Shown: positions 15,590 to 26,151 of the stretch, piece by piece
Layout: each line of letters opens with the position of its first letter
Position numbering within the stretch: position 1 is the first letter of the stretch
NCBI GenBank assembly: GCA_023251235.1
Contig: JAHEZE010000004.1
Location: 654 to 64,653 of the forward strand
Length of the DNA stretch: 64,000 nucleotides
From: Sphingobacteriales bacterium
Lineage (GTDB): Bacteria; Bacteroidota; Bacteroidia; Chitinophagales; Chitinophagaceae
Direction of reading: 5' to 3'
The notes under the pieces: model-generated
The model's input: only the letters and a program-made list of their open reading frames with translations
Database searches by the model: none
What the model was told of the DNA's origin: nothing
Position numbers and translations under genes: made by a program

Positions 15590-18013
15590 ATGCAAAAAAA
15601 GTTTTTTTTCATTGCAGGTGCTTTATTCTTTTCAATGCTTGTTTTGAGCAGGGTCAGGGGTCTTGCTCAGGAAAGCGGATCTTTAGTTACAGGAATAGTA
15701 ATTGAAAAATTATCCAAACAACCGATAGAATTTGCCACCATACAATTATTGCACCCGAAGGACAGTACAATAATTAAAACATCAGTTACTGACCGTAAAG
15801 GAAAATTTTTATTGGACAAAATTTCTAAAGGCAATTTTATCCTTGTCTGTAGTTTTATTGGTTATGAAAAAATAATAATGCCGGTCACTGTGAACCAGTT
15901 GAGAGAAAATGTAGGAAGTATTGAAATTTCAATTCTGTCAAAAAACATGAATGAGGTTGTTGTAATCTCCCGTAAGTCTTTATTGAACACTTCTATTGAC
16001 AGAAAAGTTTATAATGTAACACAGGATATTATGGCCCAAAGCGGTTCGGCCAGTGATGTATTAAAAAATATTCCTTCCGTTGAAGTGGACATTGATGGAT
16101 TGGTTACTCTCAGGGGATCATCAGATGTAATGATTCTCATTAACGGACGGCCTTCGCCACTGATGGGAAAAACAAGAGCAGAAGTATTACAGCAATTACC
16201 GGCTAATTCAATTGAACGCATTGAAGTTATCACCAATCCATCCGCACGGTATAAGCCCGATGGAACTTCCGGTATAATAAATATTGTGATGAAAAAAAGT
16301 TTAAAAGGCGGGTTAAATGGATCTGCCATTGCCAATGCCGGCAACAAGGATCGGTACAATGGAAGCATGAGTTTTAACTACAAGCCGGGCAAGCTGAATC
16401 TATTCACTAATTACAGTATCCGTCAGGACAGGCGTATCAGACTAAATAATGTCAACCGGGAATACCTTGATGCCAGTGGCAATACACAAAGTTTTTACCA
16501 TGAAAGCAGTCAGTCGCCAGCAAGGCCCGTATCCAACCTGGTTACTTTGGGAGCTGATTATAACCTGAATGAACATAACAGTGTTGGTATTTCAGGAAAT
16601 TATCATGACAGAGACCAGGTAAAACATGATGTAGCAGAAAAGTTTTTTTATGATAAAAATCATCTGCTTACCATCAATTACAATCGCCTTCGTTATGATC
16701 CGGAATTTGAAAAAGAAAAAGATGCTAAACTTTACTGGCAGCATAATTTTCCAAAAGAAGATCATGAGTTGCGGATTGAATTTAATACATCTGGCTCACA
16801 TGAAGTAGAGGATAATCATTATACAAATGTTTATCGCTTTCCATTAATGCCTTCTGTATTTGACAATACATTGATAAAACAGGATAATAAACAGCAAGAA
16901 ATTACAGCTGATTATACAAACCCATTATCAGAAGATTCAAAACTGGAAGCTGGTTATAATGGTTCTTTTAACCATACCGACATGAATTTTTTTGGGGAAT
17001 ATTTTGATACAATTCAGCGTAAGTTTATGAAGGATATCATCAAGTCAAACAGGTTTAAATACAACGAATCGATACAGGCAGTGTATGCAACTTACCAGCA
17101 CAGCTCTGGCGTATTTGGTTATGAAACAGGTTTGAGATTTGAACAGGCTTTAATAAACAGTCACCTTGTAACAAAAGATTCATCAATAAAAAATCAGTAC
17201 TTCAAAGTATATCCCACTCTTCATTTTTCTTATAAATTAAAAAATGGCGAGCTGCAATTGAATTACAGTAAAAGAGTACACAGGGCAGAAGGAGATGATT
17301 TAAATCCATTTCCTGAATACCAGGATCCCAGAAATTTGCGGGCAGGAAATCCAAAATTACTTCCTGAAATAATTCATTCCATTGAGTTTGGATATAAATT
17401 GCAAAACAATCATTTTACTTTTGTGCCCGGCCTTTATTATCGTTACAAATTAAACGGATTTACTACAGTAACCTTACCTGTTAATGATACAGTATTGCTT
17501 ACAACACAACAGAACCTTTCCAATGATAAATCAACAGGACTTGAGTTTATTCTTTCTGTAAAAGCCGGTAAATTTTTAACAGCCAACCTAAGCTCCAACC
17601 TTTTTTTTAATCAGATAGATGCATCAGATTTAGGATATAGCAATAAGAAATCAATTGTTTCCATGAGTAACAATTTTAATGTAACTGCAACAATTACAAA
17701 AACCACCATGTGGCAGATAAGCAGTAACTACCGATCGGCAAGATTAACTCCGCAGGGAAAAGTATTTGGTAGTTTTGTTTTTAATACTGGTTTGAGACAG
17801 GATCTCTTTAAAAAGAAATTATCTGTAACCCTTGCCGCTTCTGATCTTTTTAATAGTTTGAAACAAAAATCAGAATTAAATACCGTGTATTTAAAACAGA
17901 TAGTCATTGGCAGAAGGGATGCAAGGATAATTTATTTAGGAATCAGCTATAGATTTGGCAAGATGGTAAAAAAACAAAGTGAAGAAAAATTCCAATTTGA
18001 TAACAATCTTTAA
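15590..18013 (+). CDS. Outer-membrane beta-barrel receptor (TonB-dependent-receptor-like, carboxypeptidase-regulatory-like N-domain)
   Basis: ATG at 15590 gives MQKKFFFIAGALFF. It has a CarboxypepD_reg-like N-domain (GIVIEKLSKQPIEFATIQL), a plug-like segment (IERIEVITNPSARY) and a long beta-barrel. Confidence 0.75.
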   Translation: MQKKFFFIAGALFFSMLVLSRVRGLAQESGSLVTGIVIEKLSKQPIEFATIQLLHPKDSTIIKTSVTDRKGKFLLDKISKGNFILVCSFIGYEKIIMPVTVNQLRENVGSIEISILSKNMNEVVVISRKSLLNTSIDRKVYNVTQDIMAQSGSASDVLKNIPSVEVDIDGLVTLRGSSDVMILINGRPSPLMGKTRAEVLQQLPANSIERIEVITNPSARYKPDGTSGIINIVMKKSLKGGLNGSAIANAGNKDRYNGSMSFNYKPGKLNLFTNYSIRQDRRIRLNNVNREYLDASGNTQSFYHESSQSPARPVSNLVTLGADYNLNEHNSVGISGNYHDRDQVKHDVAEKFFYDKNHLLTINYNRLRYDPEFEKEKDAKLYWQHNFPKEDHELRIEFNTSGSHEVEDNHYTNVYRFPLMPSVFDNTLIKQDNKQQEITADYTNPLSEDSKLEAGYNGSFNHTDMNFFGEYFDTIQRKFMKDIIKSNRFKYNESIQAVYATYQHSSGVFGYETGLRFEQALINSHLVTKDSSIKNQYFKVYPTLHFSYKLKNGELQLNYSKRVHRAEGDDLNPFPEYQDPRNLRAGNPKLLPEIIHSIEFGYKLQNNHFTFVPGLYYRYKLNGFTTVTLPVNDTVLLTTQQNLSNDKSTGLEFILSVKAGKFLTANLSSNLFFNQIDASDLGYSNKKSIVSMSNNFNVTATITKTTMWQISSNYRSARLTPQGKVFGSFVFNTGLRQDLFKKKLSVTLAASDLFNSLKQKSELNTVYLKQIVIGRRDARIIYLGISYRFGKMVKKQSEEKFQFDNNL

Positions 18014-18058
18014 TAAACATGACGAAAAACTATCTTTAATCTTTTAAAAAAAATTATT

Positions 18059-19072
18059 ATGAAAAAATCAATTATTTTATCGGTTATAATTTTCTTTGCC
18101 TCATCATCTGCATTATTATTTTCGCAAAAGGATTTTAAAATCCTCAAAACTTTTCATATACAAAGCGCAGGTGGCTGGGATTATATTGCTGTTGGCCCGG
18201 GCAATAATCGTTTATATGTTTCTCATGGCACGCAGGTAAATATTTTAGACCAAACAACCGGTGATTCAATTGGTGTTATTGAAAACACTACCGGGGTGCA
18301 TGGGATCGCATTTGATAAATCACAGAACAAAGGTTTCACCAGTAACGGACGCATTAACAATGTCACTGTTTTTAATTTAACAACCAATGCAGTGATCACT
18401 CAAATTGCTACCGGCCTGAATCCTGATGCCATTATGTATGAACCTTATACTAAAAAAATTATAACCTGTAATGGCCGCGGCAAAAATCTCAGTATAATTG
18501 ATCCGATTGAGAATAAATTGATTGATAGTGTTGATGTAGGTGGCAAGCCTGAGACTGCTGTCTCAAATGGTGCAGGCAAAGTATATGTGAACATTGAAGA
18601 TAAAAATGAAATAGTGGTGGTGGACTTAAAATCATTAAAGGTAGAAGCTCATTGGCCTCTTGCACCTGCTGAAGAACCAACCGGTCTTGCTTTTGATAAA
18701 ACAACTAACCGGCTGTTTGCAGGATGCGGAAATAAATTCCTGGCTATCGTAGATGCGGCTACTGGCAAAGTAATTCAGACACTTGCTATCGGTGATGGTT
18801 GTGACGGCGCAGGTTTCGATGCTTCTACCAAAAATATTTTTACATCAAATGGTGAAGGAACAATGTCTGTATACCATGAGAAGTCAGCAAACGAGTTTGA
18901 AAAAGTTGCCACCGTTACTACAAAAAGAGGAGCCAGAACTATTGCTGTAGATGAACAAACACATTTAATTTATCTTCCAACGGCTGATTTTGAAAAACCT
19001 GATCCTGCTGCACCAAATGCAAGACCAAAAATGATTCCGGGTACTTTCCAGGTTTTGGTAATCGGTCAGTAA
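18059..19072 (+). CDS. YncE/YVTN-like beta-propeller protein
   Basis: 337 aa with a signal peptide and repeated blade-like segments (G..P.GIAFD, GG.PE). Confidence 0.6.
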   Translation: MKKSIILSVIIFFASSSALLFSQKDFKILKTFHIQSAGGWDYIAVGPGNNRLYVSHGTQVNILDQTTGDSIGVIENTTGVHGIAFDKSQNKGFTSNGRINNVTVFNLTTNAVITQIATGLNPDAIMYEPYTKKIITCNGRGKNLSIIDPIENKLIDSVDVGGKPETAVSNGAGKVYVNIEDKNEIVVVDLKSLKVEAHWPLAPAEEPTGLAFDKTTNRLFAGCGNKFLAIVDAATGKVIQTLAIGDGCDGAGFDASTKNIFTSNGEGTMSVYHEKSANEFEKVATVTTKRGARTIAVDEQTHLIYLPTADFEKPDPAAPNARPKMIPGTFQVLVIGQ

Positions 19073-19085
19073 ATATTTTTTTCCG

Positions 19086-20336
19086 ATGTTAAACAAACCA
19101 ATGAAACTGATATTTAGTATACTATTTTTCTTTTTAATAACCACTGTTGCTTTATCACAAACAAATAAACTGGATTATTATCTTGACCAGGCTATGCAAA
19201 ACAGCCCCTTGCTGAAAGATTACCAGAATCAACAGGATTTAAACCGGCTGGACAGTTTGCGGATACTGGCTACTTATAAACCGCAGGTAACAGGCAACAG
19301 CTTCAACTTCTATGCGCCGGTTGCAAAAGGAATAGGATATGATCAGATCATCACTAACGGAGGAAATTTTTCTGCCCTGGTTGGAGTAAACAAAACAATT
19401 GTAAATAAAAAAAACATCGGAGCCCAGTTTGAAAATCTTCATTTGCAAAACCAATCAGTTGCCAACACGGCAAAAATTTCGGAGCAGGATCTAAAAAAAG
19501 CTATCACTGCACAATACATAACCACCTATGGCGATATACAGCAGTTGAATTTTAACAAAGAAGTGCAGACACTTCTTGCAAAAGAAGAGACCATCCTGAA
19601 AAAGCTGACAGAAAAAAACGTGTATAAACAGGTCGATTATCTCAGCTTCCTGGTCACACAGCAGCAACAGGAGCTGTTGATAAAACAATTGGCAATACAA
19701 TTTCAGAATGATTATGCCATGTTGAATTATTTATGCGGAATCATAGATACTACAACCGTTACACTGGAGCCTCCGGAAATAAGACTTTATCAGCAACCCG
19801 GCATCACCAATTCTGTTTTCTTTAAACAATTTGAAATTGACAGCCTGAAACTCAGCAACAGCAGAACCCTTATTGATGTTAGCTATAAACCAAAGTTCAA
19901 TTTATTTGCCGATGCTGGTTATCTTTCATCACTTGCATTAAATCCTTACAAAAATTTCGGAACCAGTTTCGGCATCAGCGCCCAGGTGCCTATTTATGAC
20001 GGCAAACAGAAGAAATTACAGTATAGCAAAATTGCTATCGCTGAAAAGAACCGATTAAATTATAAATCTTTTTTTGGCAGCCAGTATAATCAGCAGATAT
20101 CACAGCTTACTCAACAGCTCAACTCTACAGATGAGTTGATCAGGGATATTAACAACCAGTTGAAGTATTCGCAAAGCCTGATTGAGGTAAATGAAAAACT
20201 ACTGGAAGCTGGCGAAGTAAAAATTGCTGATTATATCCTTGCTCTTGGCAACTACCTGAATGCAAAGAACCTGATTACACAAAACATGGTAAACCGCTTG
20301 CAGATTATTAACCAGATCAATTACTGGAACAGATAA
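19086..20336 (+). CDS. TolC family outer-membrane efflux protein
   Basis: 416 aa with a signal peptide and coiled-coil/barrel repeat composition. It sits immediately upstream of the MFP and RND genes. Confidence 0.75.
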   Translation: MLNKPMKLIFSILFFFLITTVALSQTNKLDYYLDQAMQNSPLLKDYQNQQDLNRLDSLRILATYKPQVTGNSFNFYAPVAKGIGYDQIITNGGNFSALVGVNKTIVNKKNIGAQFENLHLQNQSVANTAKISEQDLKKAITAQYITTYGDIQQLNFNKEVQTLLAKEETILKKLTEKNVYKQVDYLSFLVTQQQQELLIKQLAIQFQNDYAMLNYLCGIIDTTTVTLEPPEIRLYQQPGITNSVFFKQFEIDSLKLSNSRTLIDVSYKPKFNLFADAGYLSSLALNPYKNFGTSFGISAQVPIYDGKQKKLQYSKIAIAEKNRLNYKSFFGSQYNQQISQLTQQLNSTDELIRDINNQLKYSQSLIEVNEKLLEAGEVKIADYILALGNYLNAKNLITQNMVNRLQIINQINYWNR

Positions 20337-20346
20337 AATTTTATGT

Positions 20347-21276
20347 ATGCAAAAGATCAGTAATCATTTATTATTTTTTTCCTTGCTGGCTTTGCTATTT
20401 ACCTCCTGCAAAAGCAAAGAAACTGAACAGGAGGAAAAAGATCCTGAAGCAAGAACACCTGTTACCGTTACTACCATCAGTAATGAACCTATGGTGGAGT
20501 ATATTGAGCTGAATGCCACTTCGGCCTTTTTGCAAAAATGGCCGGTGAGAGCAAATGCCACCGGCTATTTACAAACCGCCAATGTACAATTGAATAAATA
20601 TGTAAGCAGCGGGCAGGCATTATACTCCGTCAAAACTAAAGAAGCGGAAAGTATAGGAAACACGATTACTATTTTAGATTCGACCATTAAGTTTTCCGGT
20701 ATCAATAGTATTCATGCTGCCACCAGTGGTTTTATTTCGCAGATTGATCATCAGCCCGGTGACTATGTAATGGACGGTGAGCAATTGGCTGTTATTACTG
20801 ATACAAAAAGTTTTGTATTCCTGTTACAATTGCCTTATGAGTTAAGACCCTATATTATCAATAAAAAATCACTGGAGATGATTTTGCCTGATGGTGAAAA
20901 ATTAAATGGCATCATCAGTGGGAATATGCCGGTAATGGATGCCGGATCGCAAACTCAGAGTATTATACTTAGAGTAAATCCAACTCACCCCATCCCCGAA
21001 AACCTGATTGCTAAAGTTAGGGTGATCAAATCTTCAAAAAGTAAGGCAATCTCATTGCCGAAAACCTGTTTATTAACCGACGAAACTCAAAGCATTTTTT
21101 GGGTAATGAAAATGACAGACAGCAGTACAGCGGTTAAAGTAGTGATAAAGAAAGGTATTGAAACAAATGATAAAGTAGAGATACTTTTCCCCTTATTTAC
21201 AATAAATGATAGAATAGTATTGACCGGCAATTACGGTTTAGCGGATACCGCAAGGGTTCAAATCATTCAACAGTAG
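20347..21276 (+). CDS. Efflux RND periplasmic adaptor (membrane fusion protein), lipoprotein
   Basis: 309 aa with lipobox LFTSC. It lies between the TolC-like and RND genes, with 3-nt spacing to the RND gene. Confidence 0.7.
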   Translation: MQKISNHLLFFSLLALLFTSCKSKETEQEEKDPEARTPVTVTTISNEPMVEYIELNATSAFLQKWPVRANATGYLQTANVQLNKYVSSGQALYSVKTKEAESIGNTITILDSTIKFSGINSIHAATSGFISQIDHQPGDYVMDGEQLAVITDTKSFVFLLQLPYELRPYIINKKSLEMILPDGEKLNGIISGNMPVMDAGSQTQSIILRVNPTHPIPENLIAKVRVIKSSKSKAISLPKTCLLTDETQSIFWVMKMTDSSTAVKVVIKKGIETNDKVEILFPLFTINDRIVLTGNYGLADTARVQIIQQ

Positions 21277-21279
21277 TTC

Positions 21280-24200
21280 ATGAAACACTTTTTTCATTCG
21301 CATAAAAACCCGCTTTCAGTTGCCCTGGTACTTATTATTGCCGGCGGGTTATTTGCTTACAGTAAAATGCAGTCATCGCTTTTTCCGGAGATTACATTTC
21401 CAAAAATTAAAATTATTGCAGAGGGTGGTTTGCAACCAGTAAATAAAATGATGGTGTATGTAACCAAACCATTGGAAAATGCCATCAAGCAGATACCTGA
21501 CTTAAAAACTATCCGCAGTATTACGAGCCGTGGCAGTTGTGAAATTTCTGCTTTTATAGACTGGAAAGCCAATGTGGATTTAAGCCAGCAAAGAATTGAA
21601 GAAAAAATTGCAGAAATAAGAAATGTATTGCCAGCCGATCTTCAGATAACAGTGGAGAAGATGAATCCATCTATTCTTCCGGTAATGGGCTATACATTGG
21701 AGAGCCACGATAAATCTCCTATTGAATTAAAACAGTTGGCCCTCTATACAATAAAACCTTTTTTATCACAGGTAGATGGAGTGTCAGAGGTCCGAATTAT
21801 TGGTGGCAAACAAAAAGAATACTGGCTGCAACTGAATCTGCAAAAGATGAGTTCTCTTTCCATAACACCTGATGTTATCACGAATGCCCTCAGCCAGACT
21901 AATTTTATTAAATCCAATGGCTATTTATCTGATTACCGTTTTTTATATCTCACCGTTACTGATGCCACCGTTCATACAAAGGATGATTTGCAGAGTATTG
22001 TTGTCAGCAATAATGGGAAAAGGATTATACAATTAAAAGATATTGCAAATGTTGAAATCAAAGAAGGGATAGAGTTTATTAAGATCAATGCCAACGGGAA
22101 AGATGGTCTGCTGGTGGCAATTATTAAACAGCCCAATGCAAACCTGATAACACTGGCAAACAGTATGCAGGAAAAAATAAAAGAATTAAAATCTATTCTT
22201 CCCAAAGGAGTAACCATTCAGCCTTATTACAACCAGGCTGATTTTGTAAATGACTCCATCAAAAGCGTAAGCGACAGTTTGTGGATTGGCCTGGTATTAG
22301 CCATTATAGTAGCTATTCTTTTTCTGCGTTCATTAAAAGCCAGCACTACCATATTAATTACTATCCCCGTTATATTAGGCTTAACGTTAATGGTATTGTA
22401 TGCGATCGGGTATACATTTAATATCATGACGCTGGGTGCCATTGCCGCCTCTATCGGGTTAATTATTGATGATGCCATAGTAGTGGTAGAACAGATTCAC
22501 CGCACCCATGAAGAAAATCCGGAAGAACCGACCAAATCTTTAGTGCACAAGGCTATTCATTACCTGCTGCCTGCAATGATTGGATCTTCTTTAAGCACTA
22601 TTGTAATATTCTTCCCTTTTATTTTAATGAGTGGTGTTGCCGGTGCTTATTTTAAAGTAATGACCGATACCATGATCATTATTCTTGTTTGTTCTTTTTT
22701 TATAACATGGATTTGCTTACCTGTTATCTACCTGCTTCTTACAAAAAAGCAAAACAATGAGGTATCAAAGAAAAAAATAATAAAAGCTCATGCTGTAAAA
22801 CACCAAACCTGGGTATCTTTTTTTATAAAAAAGCCTTACCTGAGTTTTATTATTGTTACACTGTTGGCCTGGTTGATTTATTTTATAGTGCCGCAGTTAG
22901 AAACAGGTTTTTTACCGGAAATGGACGAAGGAAGCATTGTTCTGGATTATGCATCCCCTCCCGGCACTTCCTTAGAAGAAACCGACCGGATGCTGCGGGA
23001 AGCAGAAAAGATCATTACAAAAATTCCGGAGGTAGAAACCTATTCAAGAAGAACCGGTACACAGATGGGGTTTTTTATTACTGAACCCAACACCGGAGAT
23101 TACCTGATACAATTAAAAAAGAAAAGAAGCAAAACAACAGAAGAAGTAATAAATGATATACGGCAACAAATAGAAACGACACAACCTGCACTTCGTATAG
23201 ATTTTGGGCAAGTAATTGGTGATATGCTTGGCGACCTGATGAGCTCAGTGCAACCTGTTGAAGTAAAAATATTCGGAGATGATGCAAAAAAATTACAGGA
23301 ATTGGCTAAACAAGCTTCCAAAGTTGTTTCTAATGTTCAGGGAACAGCTGATGTATTTGATGGAATAGTTATTGCCGGTCCATCCGTTAGTATAGAACCC
23401 AATTTCAGCAAGCTGGCACAATTTGGTATTACACCAGCCAATCTTCAATACCAGTTGCAAACTTCCCTGGAAGGAAATGTTGTTGGCAACCTTTTAGAAA
23501 AAGAACAATTATCCAATATCCGGATCGTTTATCCCGGCAGCAGAAAATTAAGTGTGGCTGATATAAACAAACTTCAAATATTTTTACCCAATGGAAAATT
23601 GAAACCTATTACTGAATTAGCGGCTGTAACTGTTCAGTCAGGTAATGCTGAAATAGTAAGAGAAAATCTGCAAGCCATGGGAGTCATAACAGCAAGGCTG
23701 GATAATCGTGATCTTGGTAGTGTGATTAAAGACATTCAAAAAAATATACAGTCTCAAATTACATTACCGCAAGGTTACCATATTGAGTATGGCGGCGCTT
23801 ATAAAGAACAGCAGCAATCCTTCAAAGAGTTACTGATGATCCTGATTACAGCAAGCCTGCTTGTGTTTGGAGTAATTCTTTTTTTGTTTAAAGAAATTAA
23901 AGTGGCGCTTACTATACTATTCATTGCTGTATTGGGAATTTCCGGAAGCTACCTTGCCTTATACCTTACTGGCACACCACTGAATGTAGGCAGCTACACG
24001 GGTCTTATTATGATTGTGGGTATCATTGGAGAGAATGCAATATTCACTTTCTTACAATTCAGAGAATCGCTTCATGAAAAAAGCGTGGATGATTCCATTA
24101 TCTATGCTATCTCTACAAGACTACGGCCAAAATTAATGACAGCCTTGGGAGCAATTATTGCGTTGATGCCTTTAGCATTGGGTATTGGTACAGGGGCGCA

Positions 24201-24324
24201 GCTTCACCAACCCCTTGCAATTGCTGTAATTGGTGGTTTTATTATTGCGATGCCGTTGCTGCTGATTGTATTGCCAAGTATGTTGAGACTGCTTTTTAAA
24301 AACAAGCCGCTTTTACATACCTGA
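21280..24324 (+). CDS. Efflux RND transporter permease, AcrB/HAE1-like
   Basis: 1014 aa with 12-TM architecture. The TM4 motif GLIIDDAIVVVEQ is the AcrB-type DD motif rather than the CzcA D..D..E motif. Confidence 0.9.
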   Translation: MKHFFHSHKNPLSVALVLIIAGGLFAYSKMQSSLFPEITFPKIKIIAEGGLQPVNKMMVYVTKPLENAIKQIPDLKTIRSITSRGSCEISAFIDWKANVDLSQQRIEEKIAEIRNVLPADLQITVEKMNPSILPVMGYTLESHDKSPIELKQLALYTIKPFLSQVDGVSEVRIIGGKQKEYWLQLNLQKMSSLSITPDVITNALSQTNFIKSNGYLSDYRFLYLTVTDATVHTKDDLQSIVVSNNGKRIIQLKDIANVEIKEGIEFIKINANGKDGLLVAIIKQPNANLITLANSMQEKIKELKSILPKGVTIQPYYNQADFVNDSIKSVSDSLWIGLVLAIIVAILFLRSLKASTTILITIPVILGLTLMVLYAIGYTFNIMTLGAIAASIGLIIDDAIVVVEQIHRTHEENPEEPTKSLVHKAIHYLLPAMIGSSLSTIVIFFPFILMSGVAGAYFKVMTDTMIIILVCSFFITWICLPVIYLLLTKKQNNEVSKKKIIKAHAVKHQTWVSFFIKKPYLSFIIVTLLAWLIYFIVPQLETGFLPEMDEGSIVLDYASPPGTSLEETDRMLREAEKIITKIPEVETYSRRTGTQMGFFITEPNTGDYLIQLKKKRSKTTEEVINDIRQQIETTQPALRIDFGQVIGDMLGDLMSSVQPVEVKIFGDDAKKLQELAKQASKVVSNVQGTADVFDGIVIAGPSVSIEPNFSKLAQFGITPANLQYQLQTSLEGNVVGNLLEKEQLSNIRIVYPGSRKLSVADINKLQIFLPNGKLKPITELAAVTVQSGNAEIVRENLQAMGVITARLDNRDLGSVIKDIQKNIQSQITLPQGYHIEYGGAYKEQQQSFKELLMILITASLLVFGVILFLFKEIKVALTILFIAVLGISGSYLALYLTGTPLNVGSYTGLIMIVGIIGENAIFTFLQFRESLHEKSVDDSIIYAISTRLRPKLMTALGAIIALMPLALGIGTGAQLHQPLAIAVIGGFIIAMPLLLIVLPSMLRLLFKNKPLLHT

Positions 24325-24364
24325 TTCGTTTAAAGGGCTGGGTGGTCTTGCTTATCTTTGCCGC

Positions 24365-25396
24365 ATGGAGCATCTATTACAACAGATTGAAGAATACAAA
24401 AAAGAAATTGCCGCTTTTTCAGGAGCAGATGAAAAAACTATTGAAGAATTCCGCATCAAATGGCTTGGCACAAAAGGTTTGGTGAAAACCATCATGGGTG
24501 AAATGAAAAATGTGCCCAATGAAAAGAAAAAAGAGTTTGGACAGATACTAAATGAATTCAAACAATTCACCGAAGCAAAGTATGAGGAACTAAAAGCATC
24601 CCTGAACTCTGAACTCAGAACTAAGAACTCAGAACTTGATTTATCTCTTCCCGGCGATCCAATGCCGCTGGGTAGTCGTCATCCCATCAGCCTTATGACG
24701 AATAGGATTATCTCCATCTTTCAGCGATTGGGATTTGCGGTAGCCGAAGGGCCTGAGATTGAAGATGACTGGCACAATTTCACGGCGTTGAATTTACCCG
24801 AGCATCATCCTGCACGGGATATGCAGGATACATTTTATGTACAGCAAAATCCCGATTGGCTATTACGTACACATACCAGCAACATACAGATAAGGGAAAT
24901 GAAGAAAGGCAAATTGCCCATTCGTATTATTTGTCCGGGCCGTGTGTACCGCAATGAAACAGTAAGTGCAAGAAGTCATTGCTTCTTTCACCAGGTGGAA
25001 GGCTTATATATTGATGAAAATGTTTCATTCGCCGATCTGAAACAGACACTTTACTTTTTTGCCAAAGAAATGTATGGCCACGATGTAAAGATTCGTTTCC
25101 GTCCATCATATTTTCCTTTCACAGAACCCAGCGCTGAGATGGACATCAGTTGCATGCTTTGCAAAGGCGAAGGCTGTAATGTTTGCAAAAAAACCGGCTG
25201 GCTCGAAATTCTTGGCAGCGGCATGGTGCACCCGAATGTTTTATCCAACTGCGGCATTGACTCCAACAAATACACAGGTTTTGCATTTGGTATGGGTATT
25301 GAAAGACCTGCGTTATTAAAATATGGTATTAACGATATCCGATTGTTCAGTGAAAATGATATACGGTTTTTAAAACAGTTTACGAGTGCCGTTTAA
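24365..25396 (+). CDS. pheS: Phenylalanine--tRNA ligase alpha subunit
   Basis: 343 aa with class II motifs (HPARDMQDTFY, FRPSYFPFTEPSAE, GFAFGMGIER). There is a heptamer array in the N-terminal linker. Confidence 0.95.
   Translation: MEHLLQQIEEYKKEIAAFSGADEKTIEEFRIKWLGTKGLVKTIMGEMKNVPNEKKKEFGQILNEFKQFTEAKYEELKASLNSELRTKNSELDLSLPGDPMPLGSRHPISLMTNRIISIFQRLGFAVAEGPEIEDDWHNFTALNLPEHHPARDMQDTFYVQQNPDWLLRTHTSNIQIREMKKGKLPIRIICPGRVYRNETVSARSHCFFHQVEGLYIDENVSFADLKQTLYFFAKEMYGHDVKIRFRPSYFPFTEPSAEMDISCMLCKGEGCNVCKKTGWLEILGSGMVHPNVLSNCGIDSNKYTGFAFGMGIERPALLKYGINDIRLFSENDIRFLKQFTSAV
24602..24636 (+). repeat. Heptamer array (CTGAACT x2, CAGAACT, AAGAACT, CAGAACT) inside pheS
   Basis: Read directly. It is translated as LNSELRTKNSEL, between the N-terminal coiled coil and the catalytic core. 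Confidence 0.85.
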
Positions 25397-25434
25397 AATT
25401 TACTGATTAATCTCAAAACAAATTCTTATTTATT

Positions 25435-26112
25435 TCAACCTGCAGGTTTTTGTTCAATAGAGGCAACATTTGTTGTTGATTCGACGGATTTCTTTTTTTT
25501 CTGCCAACTAAAATAAGCAGCAAGCAGAAATACTATAATTGTAAGATAAATCCATGGAGTAAATTCAGCTCTTATAATATCATTGCCAAAATTCGAATTT
25601 AGTCCATCTAAATTGTTATTGCCATTGGGGGCTGTGTTAAGTTTTGAATCACTTTTGATATCTATCATTAATGCTATTAACGCAACAGATGCTAATACAC
25701 CGAACAATGATGCAATTACTGATCTGCCCTTGGTTAAAAGGGTTACAATAAATCCAAGTATCCCTAACCCAAGAGCTGCAAGGGCAAATATATTTGGCTC
25801 TCTTTTTTCCGACTTAGAATTACTAATTGTTTGATCCACTCCCATATTTCCAAAAAGAGATTGTTTTGAGTTTTTATCTTCAATTGTAAATCCTGTCGCC
25901 AATTCAAATCCTTTTACTTCCTTTATTGTCGTGCCTCCGCATTTAATATCAACAAAGGGTAATAAGAATAAAAGTACCCCGACAAGAAATGATATTGAAC
26001 CTGGCCCGAAGGAAGATCGTTTAACAGATGAAGAAACTGCAGTTACTTGTGTTTGTTGATTGGTTTCCATTTTAAAAATTTTCATTAAAGTAACTAATTC
26101 TGGTGATTTCAA
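25435..26112 (-). CDS. Hypothetical 4-TM membrane protein
   Basis: 225 aa with four hydrophobic segments and a Lys-rich C-terminal tail. I recognise no family. The start is uncertain, with alternative ATGs at 26085 and 26070. Confidence 0.4.
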   Translation of the reverse strand: MKSPELVTLMKIFKMETNQQTQVTAVSSSVKRSSFGPGSISFLVGVLLFLLPFVDIKCGGTTIKEVKGFELATGFTIEDKNSKQSLFGNMGVDQTISNSKSEKREPNIFALAALGLGILGFIVTLLTKGRSVIASLFGVLASVALIALMIDIKSDSKLNTAPNGNNNLDGLNSNFGNDIIRAEFTPWIYLTIIVFLLAAYFSWQKKKKSVESTTNVASIEQKPAG

Positions 26113-26151
26113 ACCATAACTTTATCCTTTTATATAAATGATGGGGGAAAA

